This document shows, one piece after another, positions 23,466-33,206 of a DNA stretch of 46,305 nucleotides. A program made the translations under genes and the position numbers. Position 1 is the stretch's first letter. Every line of letters starts with the position of its first letter. The DNA comes from Candidatus Magasanikiibacteriota bacterium (GTDB lineage Bacteria; Patescibacteriota; Patescibacteriia; Magasanikbacterales; UBA922): positions 1 to 46,305 of the forward strand of contig JBDRSF010000022.1 in assembly GCA_043825135.1 (NCBI GenBank), in the 5' to 3' direction. The notes under the pieces were generated by a model. The model had not been told where the DNA came from, did not search any database, and was given only the letters and a program-made list of their open reading frames with translations.

Positions 23466-25289
23466 CTACTCCACCGTCACACTCTTGGCTAAATTTCTTG
23501 GCCTATCAACATCCTTCCCTAACAATACTGCCATATGGTAAGCAAAAATTTGTAAAGGTATTGTATTTAATAATGGCTCTAGGAGTTCCATTGTGTTCGG
23601 AACAAAAATAACATCTTCGGTTAATTCTTTTGCCTTCTCATCACCTTCTGTGGCAAGCAAAATTAACGGTGCCTTTCGTGCTTTTATTTCTTCAATATTA
23701 CTCCGCATTTTTTCATAAAGTTGATCTTGTACCATAATACCAAATACTGGAAAATCTTCACTTAGGAGTGCAATTGGACCATGTTTCAATTCTCCACCCG
23801 GATAACCTTCACTATGAATATATGAAATCTCTTTTAATTTTAACGATCCTTCAAGGGCAACTGGAAAATTTATTCCTCTCCCCAAAAAAAACATATCATT
23901 TACATTCTTATATTTTTCAGCAATTTCTTTTATTCTGTCTGTTTGTGCAAATATCAGATTCATCTTTTCAGGAATTTCCAACAATGCATTGATTAATCGT
24001 TGTCCAGTAGCTAATGTAACTCGTTTAAGTCGACCAAATTGTAAAGCATATAAAATCATTATTGCCACCATATTAGTATAGGCTTTAGTAGAAGCAACAG
24101 CTAATTCGGGCCCGGCATGAATATATGAACCACCATCAGTTTCGCGCGCGATAGTTGAACCAACTACATTAACAATACCTCGAACAAAAGCACCCTTTCT
24201 CTTGGCTTCACGAACTGCAGCCAAAGTATCGGCGGTTTCACCAGATTGAGAAATAGCAAATACCAAAGTCTTATCATTAACAATCGGATCGCGATAACGA
24301 AACTCAGAAGCAACATCCACCTCAGTTGGAATCCCAGCCAAACGCTCAAAGGCGTACTTACCAACCATGGCAGCATAGCTGGCTGTACCACAGGCAATCA
24401 AAATTATTCGCTCAACACTACGCATTTCTTCATCAGTCATATTAAGTCCGCCCAAATGAGCTGTGCCTTCCCCTATATTAATACGCCCGCGAATAGCGTC
24501 TTTAAACACGACCGGTTGATCAAAAATTTCTTTAAGCATAAAATGATTGTAGCCTTGTTTTTCGGCCTGCTCGTCATCCCACTCAATTTCTTCTACACAT
24601 TTTGTAACAGATTCGTCTTTCAAATTAAAAGTTTCCATTTTACCATTACTAATCTCTACAACTTCACCATCCTCTAAAAAAATAACTTTTTTAGTGTATG
24701 TAAGCATTGGCGTGGCGTCACTAGCAATATAATACTCATTTTCTGCCATTCCCACAACCAGAGGACTACCCAAACGAGCCGCCACCAGCTTATCCGGTTC
24801 ATCAGCATGCATTGCCACCAATCCATAGGTACCACGAACGTGCGATAAAGCTTTTTCAATAGCAAGGCGCAAATCACCCTCATAATGAGACTCTATTAAG
24901 TTTGCCAAAACTTCAGTATCAGTTTCGGTTTTAAATTCAAACTTATCTTTTAGTCTATCTCTAATCTCACGATAATTTTCTATAATACCGTTGTGGACAA
25001 TTACCAACTTTCCTGATGTAGAAAAATGTGGATGAGCATTTTCTTCTGTGACTCCACCATGAGTCGCCCAACGAGTGTGAGCAATACCAATGGTACCATT
25101 CATACAAACTGTCTTGGCTTTCTCTTCCAAATTATCAATTTTTCCAACCGAACGTAGACGATCAATTTTACCATCACACATCAAAGCAACACCGGCACTG
25201 TCATAACCACGGTATTCTAAACGACGCAAACCCTTAATTAAAATTGGTAAAGCTGGTTTGTCACCGATATAAGCTATTATTCCGCACAT
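23466..25289 (-). CDS. glmS: Glutamine--fructose-6-phosphate aminotransferase
   Basis: 607 aa, MCGIIAYIG N-terminus, two SIS domains, C-terminal ...LAKSVTVE. Confidence 0.95.
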   Translation of the reverse strand: MCGIIAYIGDKPALPILIKGLRRLEYRGYDSAGVALMCDGKIDRLRSVGKIDNLEEKAKTVCMNGTIGIAHTRWATHGGVTEENAHPHFSTSGKLVIVHNGIIENYREIRDRLKDKFEFKTETDTEVLANLIESHYEGDLRLAIEKALSHVRGTYGLVAMHADEPDKLVAARLGSPLVVGMAENEYYIASDATPMLTYTKKVIFLEDGEVVEISNGKMETFNLKDESVTKCVEEIEWDDEQAEKQGYNHFMLKEIFDQPVVFKDAIRGRINIGEGTAHLGGLNMTDEEMRSVERIILIACGTASYAAMVGKYAFERLAGIPTEVDVASEFRYRDPIVNDKTLVFAISQSGETADTLAAVREAKRKGAFVRGIVNVVGSTIARETDGGSYIHAGPELAVASTKAYTNMVAIMILYALQFGRLKRVTLATGQRLINALLEIPEKMNLIFAQTDRIKEIAEKYKNVNDMFFLGRGINFPVALEGSLKLKEISYIHSEGYPGGELKHGPIALLSEDFPVFGIMVQDQLYEKMRSNIEEIKARKAPLILLATEGDEKAKELTEDVIFVPNTMELLEPLLNTIPLQIFAYHMAVLLGKDVDRPRNLAKSVTVE

Positions 25290-25376
25290 ATTTTTTTCGT
25301 TGTCATTCCGAGCGTAGCCGAGGAATCCCTTTCCCCTGCTTCAAACTCTGGATTAAAAATTAGATTATTTGTTTTA

Positions 25377-25467
25377 TTCTACCCGGCTTTAGCCGGGGTT
25401 GGGAAGCTTTAGCTTCCGTCAATTACACAGACTAAAGTCTAGTGACCGCCACTAAAGTGGCGTAGAA
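25377..25467. repeat. 91-bp non-autonomous REP/MITE element (second copy)
   Basis: TTCTACCCGGCTTTAGCCGGGG...GCCACTAAAGTGGCGTAGAA. Overlaps the last 5 codons and stop of the gamma-subunit ORF. Confidence 0.75.
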
Positions 25468-25958
25468 AGATTCCAAACTCGCCTATTCTCCTCCCAACCC
25501 CTCTTCTTCGCCAACTTTTCTTCAAGCGCCTGATAAATTTCTTGTTTTTTAATAATTCCTTTACCTTCTAGCATACCAGAAATCTTACTTAAGAAAAAAA
25601 TATTTCTACTATATGGCTCTACATTATTTTCTTTGAAAAAATCCACATAGTCTTTTATCTCAATAATTTCAACACCGTCTTGCTGATAATCTACAGTCCT
25701 CTCTCTGGCTTGATCAGACATGATAAGTAGAAAATCTGGTTTGGAAAATTTTGGATAAAAAATCTCCTTATCAGAAATTTTTATATAAGCCATAGATACT
25801 CCGCCTTTTTGTTCTAAGCCATAATTTGGAATGTGACTTACTTCTAGACCATTCTTAAAAGCTGTATTGCAAATTAAATAAGACAAAGTCTGAATCCCTT
25901 GTCCTCCATCGCCACTCAATATTATTTTTAATGTCATAATGTTATTATCATCTATCAT
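25452..25958 (-). CDS. 2-oxoacid:ferredoxin oxidoreductase, gamma subunit
   Basis: ILSGDGGQGIQT motif and operon context. The true start may be the Met at 25937. Confidence 0.8.
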   Translation of the reverse strand: MIDDNNIMTLKIILSGDGGQGIQTLSYLICNTAFKNGLEVSHIPNYGLEQKGGVSMAYIKISDKEIFYPKFSKPDFLLIMSDQARERTVDYQQDGVEIIEIKDYVDFFKENNVEPYSRNIFFLSKISGMLEGKGIIKKQEIYQALEEKLAKKRGWEENRRVWNLSTPL

Positions 25959-26015
25959 TTATCATCTATCATGCTTGTTTAAAAAAATAAATGATAGATG
26001 ATAAATGATAATTTA

Positions 26016-26684
26016 CTAAAATTCTCCAGTCCTAAATAAAGCTTTCAAATTCTCATTCAAATAATTATTAGTCTCAACACCAACTGTTTTCCAATTTTGT
26101 GGACAATAGGACAAAAATTCTACCATTGCAAAATTGCCAGCCTGTTGCGCTTCTATAGCTTTTTCTAAATATTCTTTTACTTGTTTAGGATCATTAACAG
26201 CTGTCCGTGCAATAAAGGCTTTTTTATTTACTTGTCTGACTAATTCCGGACCAAACACTGGTTCGCCTTGAAATCCAGAAGGGTCTGTATCGGTAATTTG
26301 GCCTTTGTAAGAAGTTGGGGCTGTTTGTCCACCAGTCATAGCATAATTGGAATTATTTACCACAATTACTGTCACTGGCTCATTACGAATCGCCGACCAC
26401 AACAAACTCTGCATCCCAATAGCATAGGCTCCACCATCTCCAGTGTATGCAAAGCTAAGAGAGTCTGGCTGAGCTCGTTTGTAACCAATCATTGTTGCTG
26501 TCACTCGTCCATGATGAGTTTGAAAAGTGTTGACTGGTAAAAAATCCCAAGCTAAAAGCGAACAGCCAATATCTAATCCTAAAATTGCTTTAGATTCAAG
26601 ACCTCTTTCTTTCAAAACCATATGCAAAAAACGCAGTACAATTGGGTGACCACAGCCAGGACAAAACTTTGCTTCTTTAGCCAT
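26016..26684 (-). CDS. 2-oxoacid:ferredoxin oxidoreductase, beta (TPP-binding) subunit
   Basis: CPGCGH N-terminus and the GDGG...NN TPP-binding pattern (TGDGGAYAIG...VVNNSNYAMTGGQ). Confidence 0.85.
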   Translation of the reverse strand: MAKEAKFCPGCGHPIVLRFLHMVLKERGLESKAILGLDIGCSLLAWDFLPVNTFQTHHGRVTATMIGYKRAQPDSLSFAYTGDGGAYAIGMQSLLWSAIRNEPVTVIVVNNSNYAMTGGQTAPTSYKGQITDTDPSGFQGEPVFGPELVRQVNKKAFIARTAVNDPKQVKEYLEKAIEAQQAGNFAMVEFLSYCPQNWKTVGVETNNYLNENLKALFRTGEF

Positions 26685-26788
26685 ATGCCTTTATTCAAAA
26701 TTTATATTTACTAGAAAAAGTTATCATTTATCATCTATCATTTATTTTCCTAATTAATTATGATAGGTGATAAATGATATATGATATA

Positions 26789-27883
26789 TTACTTAAGAAA
26801 AGCCAATACTATCTCCTCACTCTCAATCCCCACTGCCGGTCTATACAGACCATCAATATCAACCGAAATTTTACTATCTAAATTTTGTTTTACTAAATCA
26901 CGCAACTGACCCATACTGGACTCAATCACAAATAATCTTTTAACCTGCTTTGCAAGTTTATTCAATTCATCTTTGGGAAACGGACTCAAAGTGATCGGAC
27001 GAAATAAACCAACTTTCTTTCCCTGTTTTTCCAATTCTTCAATCGCCTCTTTTACAGCTCCTGCCACAATACCATGCGCAACAATCAACTCGTCACAACT
27101 TTCGACTTTATGACTTTCAGACTTTACGACTTCTGTCGCCATCTTATTAAAATCTTTTTCTTGATTTTCAAGTTCTAATCGCAACTCTTCTTCAAAAGAA
27201 TAAATATTACGAATATTTTTTTGTGTCTCTGACGAAACTAAAGCGGTCGGCTCAACATTTTCTATTTCAAAATCAAAACTAACTGACTGTCTGGTTTTCA
27301 TAAGGAAACCATCTGATAAAAGAACACTTGGGAAACGATATTTCCATGCATTATTAAAAGTAAGTCTGGTTAATTCATAAAGTTCTTCTAAACTACTCGG
27401 GGAATAAACCAATCGCATACCCTCACCATTACCACCATGGATCGCTAAATTAACTTCTTGTTGAGAATATATAACAGTACCAGAACTAGGCCCACCACGC
27501 TGAACAATAATAGCCACAAAAGGCAATCTCATGCCATCGGCCATACTCATAGCATCCTGCATCAATGTTGTACCAGGGCCAGCAGTAGCTGTAAAAGCTT
27601 TTTTACCACCCATCACTGCTCCACAAATAGCAAAACCAGCCGCGATTTCGTCCTCTGTCTGTAAATATTCTAATTTGCCCTGCCCGCCGAAGTCTTGTTC
27701 GTCCGCCGAAGCTTGAGCGAAGGTGGAGCGAAGGTGGGACTTTTCAGCTTCCTTAATCCAACCAGTCAAAACCTCAGTTCCTGGTGTTATTGGATAACCA
27801 TACATCTGTGTCGCACCAGCATCAATACAGGCTTGTACGACTACTTCAGCGCCAGTTAGAAATTGTCTTTGATTATTATCCAT
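26789..27883 (-). CDS. 2-oxoacid:ferredoxin oxidoreductase, alpha subunit
   Basis: LTGAEVVVQACIDAGATQMYGYPITPGTEV N-terminus. Contains one in-frame GC-rich insertion. Confidence 0.85.
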   Translation of the reverse strand: MDNNQRQFLTGAEVVVQACIDAGATQMYGYPITPGTEVLTGWIKEAEKSHLRSTFAQASADEQDFGGQGKLEYLQTEDEIAAGFAICGAVMGGKKAFTATAGPGTTLMQDAMSMADGMRLPFVAIIVQRGGPSSGTVIYSQQEVNLAIHGGNGEGMRLVYSPSSLEELYELTRLTFNNAWKYRFPSVLLSDGFLMKTRQSVSFDFEIENVEPTALVSSETQKNIRNIYSFEEELRLELENQEKDFNKMATEVVKSESHKVESCDELIVAHGIVAGAVKEAIEELEKQGKKVGLFRPITLSPFPKDELNKLAKQVKRLFVIESSMGQLRDLVKQNLDSKISVDIDGLYRPAVGIESEEIVLAFLK

Positions 27884-27949
27884 ATTTTTATTTAATAGAA
27901 CACAGATTTAACGGATCAAACGAATAAAAACGAATTCTTTTTAATTTGT

Positions 27950-28717
27950 TTAAACTAATTTAACTCGCGGTCTATTTTTTAACAAATTTGCTTTTTCTAA
28001 TTCCTCTACTGTATTAACCCCGAACCACTCTCTACTATCTTCTAATTTAATAATCTGATATTTTTTTCCTTCTCCCCTTGCAACAGCTAGGGTTGTTGGC
28101 AAGCCCCATTCACCAAGTTTTTTTAACTTTGGCATATCGGGAAACATTTCTTCAAACCATTTACGATCAAAACAAAAAGTACCAGTACTAATTTCTTTGA
28201 TTTCTTTTTGTTCATCTGTTAAATATTCTTTTTCAACAATAGCAATTGATTTATCAGGATAACGGACAATTCTACCAAGCATACTCGGATCTTCCGTTCC
28301 AGCTGAAAGCAGTGACAAAGTATAATTATTATCATTATGTTTTTCTATAAAATCAAACAATGTTTCTGCTGAGTAAAATGCACTATCGTCTCCACCTATT
28401 ACCAAAACTGTTTTAATTTCTTTTGGCAAAGACTTAATTCCAATGTGTGTTGCATGTGCGGTTCCCAATTGCTCTGTCTGAGTTACAAAGCTAACTTTAT
28501 CACCAAAATAATCTCTCACTTTTTGTTCTTGAAAACCAACGACCAAACAAATTTGCTTTTTAATAAATCCAGCTTGAATCAAAGTCTCTATAATATAACT
28601 AACAATCGGTTTACCTCCTATTTCAAGCATTACTTTTGGCTTATCAGTGCAGTTAAGCCGTGTGCCTTTCCCGGCTGCTAGAATTACTACTCCAGTTTTA
28701 TTTAAATCAATCAACAT
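27950..28717 (-). CDS. Sugar-phosphate nucleotidyltransferase (GlmU N-terminal-like)
   Basis: VILAAGKGTRL...KPKVMLEIGGKPIV signature. Confidence 0.8.
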   Translation of the reverse strand: MLIDLNKTGVVILAAGKGTRLNCTDKPKVMLEIGGKPIVSYIIETLIQAGFIKKQICLVVGFQEQKVRDYFGDKVSFVTQTEQLGTAHATHIGIKSLPKEIKTVLVIGGDDSAFYSAETLFDFIEKHNDNNYTLSLLSAGTEDPSMLGRIVRYPDKSIAIVEKEYLTDEQKEIKEISTGTFCFDRKWFEEMFPDMPKLKKLGEWGLPTTLAVARGEGKKYQIIKLEDSREWFGVNTVEELEKANLLKNRPRVKLV

Positions 28718-29354
28718 AATTTTTTATTTCGCTTAAAGTTTCAAAAAAAGGTATTTTGCTTTTTTCCGCATCTTGAGCTGTGTATCGTAACGGATTAAAT
28801 TTGGTAACAACTAAAATTTCAGGAAAATTCTCCTTAATAATCAGATTTTCCCTGATACTATCATTAACAAAAAAAACCGAATCACCTTCCTTCATTTTAC
28901 TTCTCAAAAAATCTTCTTTATGGCCTAAAACAATTTCTACCTCATCAAACCACTTACCTAATTTCGTTTTTTTTATTTTAGTTTTCTGAAAATCGTCATC
29001 ACCCGCCGTGAGCAAAATCATTTTGCTAGAATTCTCACGTAAAAATTGCAAAAACTCTTCTGTATCTGAAAACAAATAATTATTTTTATCAAGCAAGCCA
29101 GACAATTCTTCTACCACACTATCATCTAGATCATAATTCAATTCACGTAAAAATTCTACGTGTTCTGCAAAGTTGTAATCATACAGATCTGAACTAACTG
29201 TGTTCAAAGATTTTTTATAAGTTTTTGAATAATCTTCCCATTTTACATTATTACGTTCAAAAATCGACCACATGTCTTTTTCAAACTTGTTACAATCAAA
29301 AATTGTTTTATCAAAATCTACAAATGAGTAATCAAATTTCATAAAGTTTTCCAA
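28707..29354 (-). CDS. HAD-superfamily hydrolase (putative)
   Basis: N-terminal FVDFDKT (DxD-like motif I) and a later LTAGDDD segment. Overlaps both neighbours, indicating an operon. Confidence 0.6.
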   Translation of the reverse strand: MENFMKFDYSFVDFDKTIFDCNKFEKDMWSIFERNNVKWEDYSKTYKKSLNTVSSDLYDYNFAEHVEFLRELNYDLDDSVVEELSGLLDKNNYLFSDTEEFLQFLRENSSKMILLTAGDDDFQKTKIKKTKLGKWFDEVEIVLGHKEDFLRSKMKEGDSVFFVNDSIRENLIIKENFPEILVVTKFNPLRYTAQDAEKSKIPFFETLSEIKNYVD

Positions 29355-30142
29355 AGATTATCAAAAATTAATTTTTGTGTCTTGCATACACCATCATTTT
29401 CAATTACAACACCGATTGGCTCGCTTTTTGCATTGAGAGATATATAAGCGGTCTTGCCGGGATAAATAATAATATAAGTAACCAATTTTTTCCCCCCCTT
29501 ATCCCGCTTTGACGGGATCCCTTCTGTGGCGGGATAGGGGGAGGTTAGGAGGGGGTCTTTCGCCATCTTCAACCATTTACGCTCATCCAGCCCGCGAAGC
29601 TCCCCACCCTCACCTATGGCAATAACTTTTACACCAATACCTTTAGCAATACGAACGTCTGAAAAAGTAGGAAAGCTCTCATATAAATACTCGCGCATGC
29701 CCTCAGCTGAATAAATTCTATATAACTTATCTGCTGAATCTTCACAAACATCTAAAACATCCTCTAAAATCTTATTTATTTCATTTTTTTCATAATATCT
29801 AGCCACTGGCCTGTCACCACCCTTGTTATGCAGGGCATGGAGCTCGGAAATCATCTTACCCAATTCAGAACCCACTGAACTTAGCTCATCCTGCTGTTTT
29901 TTGACTAAATCATGCAGTTTTTCAGGGTTTTCAGCCACAAAATACTGTTTTGTATCTTTATTATAATAACTCACAATACCCTTATCTTGCAAGCTTTTTA
30001 AAATATCATAAGCAGTACCACGGTTAATTTCGCTTATTTCAGCCAATTTTCGTACAGAACTAGGCCCCAAACTAAGCAAAGCTAAGTAAATTTTAGCCTC
30101 TTTGTCAGAAAAACTTAATTTTTTAAGTATATTAATATCCAT
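29339..30142 (-). CDS. TrmB-family transcriptional regulator
   Basis: LSFSDKEAKIYLALLSLGPSSVRKLAEISEINRGTAYDILKSLQDKGIV winged-helix N-terminus. Contains one in-frame GC-rich insertion. Confidence 0.8.
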   Translation of the reverse strand: MDINILKKLSFSDKEAKIYLALLSLGPSSVRKLAEISEINRGTAYDILKSLQDKGIVSYYNKDTKQYFVAENPEKLHDLVKKQQDELSSVGSELGKMISELHALHNKGGDRPVARYYEKNEINKILEDVLDVCEDSADKLYRIYSAEGMREYLYESFPTFSDVRIAKGIGVKVIAIGEGGELRGLDERKWLKMAKDPLLTSPYPATEGIPSKRDKGGKKLVTYIIIYPGKTAYISLNAKSEPIGVVIENDGVCKTQKLIFDNLWKTL

Positions 30143-30235
30143 ATTTTAGCTAAGATTAGTATAATATAGATATATATTTTTGTCAATAAATTTTCTACAA
30201 CTTATCCACATACAAATAAATAATAATACTTTCAC

Positions 30236-30264
30236 TTGACACAACGAATTCTATACTATAAAAT
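30236..30264 (+). promoter_or_regulatory. Promoter for the GC-rich small ORF
   Basis: TTGACA (30236-30241), 17-nt spacer, TAAAAT (30259-30264). Divergent from the TrmB-like gene. Confidence 0.55.
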
Positions 30265-30306
30265 TATAATGTGTTCAATAACCTTCACAGCAGGGAGAAA
30301 AGAATA

Positions 30307-30519
30307 ATGCCAAGAGAACATAGTATGAGCGAACTTGAAGAAGCTTTGGAAGACGTCGGGTACGGCCTGAACCTCAGTCTGTCCCAGGAGATTCAAGCAG
30401 AGGCTCTGGAGGGAGGAGAAACCGTACAAACAAGACCAGTAGGATCAACGAGACAGGTGGTCAGAACACCCAAGTGGTGGGTTTGGCTTAAGGCACAGTG
30501 GCGTAACATCACAAGATGA
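30307..30519 (+). CDS. GC-rich small protein, 70 aa, acidic N-half and Trp/Arg/Lys-rich C-half
   Basis: GGGAG 9 nt before the ATG at 30307. The ORF-track start at 30271 sits only 7 nt after the -10 box and is unlikely. Translation: MPREHSMSELEEALEDVGYGLNLSLSQEIQAEALEGGETVQTRPVGSTRQVVRTPKWWVWLKAQWRNITR. Confidence 0.5.
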   Translation: MPREHSMSELEEALEDVGYGLNLSLSQEIQAEALEGGETVQTRPVGSTRQVVRTPKWWVWLKAQWRNITR

Positions 30520-30678
30520 AAACTACCCTCGCCTGGACACGAATTGGTCATTGGTACAACCCCTCTCAGACACAAACGATCTGAGAGGAAGAAGCTAAAA
30601 GAAAAACAACCCGACAGCCATAGCTTGTCCCGATGTAAAATCGAGATAAACTAGGGAGGAGTCGGGTTGTTTTTTTGA

Positions 30679-30817
30679 CCTCCCCTTACGAAGGGGAGGA
30701 ACACCTGATTCGCATCAGGGGGAGGGGTTTTATCGTAGAGATAATGAGATCTTAAAATCCCACGTATGAAAACCCCCTAATCACTTCGTGTATATTCCCC
30801 CTTCGTAAGGGGGAATC
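30679..30817. repeat. GC-rich TIR element (CCCCTTACGAAGGGGAGG family)
   Basis: CCTCCCCTTACGAAGGGGAGG...GGGGGAGGGGTTTT and AAAACCCCCTAA...TTCCCCCTTCGTAAGGGGGAA arms. Related to 15345-15540. Confidence 0.55.
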
Positions 30818-30884
30818 AAAACCGCCCGGCTTTCACCGAACGGCTTTTTAAATTTACCTTCTAAATACATAGTTCTTTCAATCT

Positions 30885-31922
30885 TCAAATACCAATCACT
30901 TCCGTGTTAATTTTAGACCCCATATAATTCAACAAATTCGCCATCTGTGTCACATACCCCCACTCATTATCATACCAAGCTTGGACAAAAACCATAGTGT
31001 TGTCAGTCACTTGGGTAGATAAACAATCCACTGTGGCGCCATAGGGAGATCTAACATAATCAACTGATACTAATCCAATATCACAAACGGCTAAATTTTC
31101 TGGATATTTCTTAGATGCTTCACGGAACAAATTATTTACTTCTTCAACTGTGGTTGATTTTTCTAATTCAGCCACAAAACTAATAACCGAGGGCACAGCT
31201 ATTGGAACACGTAAAGCATTGCCGTCTAATTTACCATTCAGCTCTGGTATAACTTTACCAATAGCTTTGGCCGCTCCGGTGGCAGTTGGAATAATAGACA
31301 TGGCCGCAGCTCGGGAACGACGAAAGCTCTCCCCTTTGTGAGGATGATCAACTAAATTTTGATCATTGGTATACGCATGCGTAGTTATAACTGTACCATG
31401 CTTGATGCCAAAATTTTCTTGCAATACTTTTACCACAGGCGCCAAACAGGTGGTGGTACAAGAGGCAGCTGAAACTATTTTATGTTTAGCTGGATCAAAC
31501 TGCTCGTGATTAATGTTATAAATCAAAGTAATGTCTTCGGCTTTGGCGGGAGCAGAAATCAAAACATATTTGGCACCATTATCAATATGCTTTTGTGATG
31601 ACTCACGATCACGAAACACACCGGTTGATTCTAAAACAATATCAATATCATGTTCTTTCCACGGTGCATTTTCTAATTCATTTTCATGATGCAAAGCGAT
31701 GCGATGTTTACCATCAACAATAATGGCATGGTCATTATCATGAGTTACTTCATGATCCCAAACACCATAGATGGAATCATATTTCAAAAGATGTGCATAA
31801 ATATCACCATGTGAACGGCTATTTATTGCCACAATTTCAATATTTGGATTTTCCCAGACAATACGGGTAAAAATCCTGCCAATACGACCAAAGCCGTTTA
31901 TGGCTACACGTAGTTTTTTCAT
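30885..31922 (-). CDS. gap: Type I glyceraldehyde-3-phosphate dehydrogenase
   Basis: INGFGRIGR N-terminus and active-site SAASCTTTCLAP. Confidence 0.95.
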   Translation of the reverse strand: MKKLRVAINGFGRIGRIFTRIVWENPNIEIVAINSRSHGDIYAHLLKYDSIYGVWDHEVTHDNDHAIIVDGKHRIALHHENELENAPWKEHDIDIVLESTGVFRDRESSQKHIDNGAKYVLISAPAKAEDITLIYNINHEQFDPAKHKIVSAASCTTTCLAPVVKVLQENFGIKHGTVITTHAYTNDQNLVDHPHKGESFRRSRAAAMSIIPTATGAAKAIGKVIPELNGKLDGNALRVPIAVPSVISFVAELEKSTTVEEVNNLFREASKKYPENLAVCDIGLVSVDYVRSPYGATVDCLSTQVTDNTMVFVQAWYDNEWGYVTQMANLLNYMGSKINTEVIGI

Positions 31923-32065
31923 AATTTATCTTGAGGGAGCCCGAGCGACCGAAAGATCTTTCGAAGCTCTAAATTAATAATTAAAATAATAATAATGTAC
32001 CCAATAAAAACATCCTCCGAAACCTGCCTGCCGGTAGGCAGGGATCTCTCACCTTTCGACTCCTT

Positions 32066-33085
32066 TTAGTCGCTCAAGTTTTCGAGATTAGGTGAGTATT
32101 CCCCACTCCTAGCCAAACTAGTCATCTTACATCTATGCAAAAATACTTGTTTAGCCATTTCAATATTTTCATCCTTACCAGCCCAAGCCTGCAAAGTACT
32201 GGCTTGCAAAGCTCGTCCATATGAAAAACTTAATTCCCATGGATGAATTTCATCAGTACTATTCATTGCGTTTAAATTTTCACAAGCCTGCTTCTCAGTC
32301 TGGCCACCTGATAAAAATACAATACCAGGAACTTCGTGAGGTACACATTCATGAAAACATTTTATTGTCATTTCCGCTACCACTTCTGGTGTATCTTTTT
32401 CATCTTCTAGGCCTGAAGTGACCATGTTTGGTTTCAAAATCATTCCGTCTAATTGTACACCACGACTAACTAATTTTTCAAAAGTAACTTGTAAAACTTT
32501 TTTGGTAACTTCATACGAACGTTCAATAGTACGTGAACCATCCATCAAAACTTCTGGCTCTACAATTGGTACAATATTATTTTGCTGACACAAAAAAGCG
32601 TACTCAGCCATATCCTCTGCATTTTTATTTATTAATTCATCTGATGGTAATTCATTAGTAATAGTATAAATCGCACGATATTTAGCAAATCTAGCGCCAA
32701 AATTATAATATTCTTTTAATCTCTCGTCCAAACCCTCTAAGCCTTTGGTATATTTTTCAACATCTGAATTATTAAAAGACTCTGTACCCATGTCAACTTT
32801 TATACCAGGAATAACTCCTTGTTTTTCTAAAACTGTGACAAAGGTATGCTCATCACTAGCTCGCTGACGAATAGTTTCATCATACATTATTACTCCACTA
32901 ATATATTCGCCAACACCTGGAGTGGTAAATAATAACTCACGATATTTTTTACTATTTTCCTCAGTATTTTCTACATTAATACTAGCTAAACGCTTGCCAA
33001 TAGTTGGTGTACTTTCATCAGCTGCCAAAATTCCTTTGCCAGGAGCCACCATGGCGATGGCAATGTCTTGGATTGTTGGGTTCAT
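32066..33085 (-). CDS. fba: Class I fructose-bisphosphate aldolase
   Basis: GKGILAADESTPTIGKRL and ...LKPNMV... (Schiff-base Lys region). Confidence 0.9.
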   Translation of the reverse strand: MNPTIQDIAIAMVAPGKGILAADESTPTIGKRLASINVENTEENSKKYRELLFTTPGVGEYISGVIMYDETIRQRASDEHTFVTVLEKQGVIPGIKVDMGTESFNNSDVEKYTKGLEGLDERLKEYYNFGARFAKYRAIYTITNELPSDELINKNAEDMAEYAFLCQQNNIVPIVEPEVLMDGSRTIERSYEVTKKVLQVTFEKLVSRGVQLDGMILKPNMVTSGLEDEKDTPEVVAEMTIKCFHECVPHEVPGIVFLSGGQTEKQACENLNAMNSTDEIHPWELSFSYGRALQASTLQAWAGKDENIEMAKQVFLHRCKMTSLARSGEYSPNLENLSD

Positions 33086-33206
33086 ATTTTTTTATATTAG
33101 CTTTTATTAGATATATACAGATAACGGATAATACGGATCAACGGATGTTACGGATGGCCATATCCGTATATCCGCATTATCCGTTATCCGTATATATATT
33201 TTACAA

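Noticed and set aside
30202-30210. Replication origin suggested by perfect DnaA-box-like TTATCCACA motifs (30202-30210, 44750-44758, 35969-35977 reverse)
   Set aside because: The boxes are isolated singletons tens of kb apart, each inside a promoter region. There is no cluster, no AT-rich unwinding element arrangement and no dnaA/dnaN nearby.
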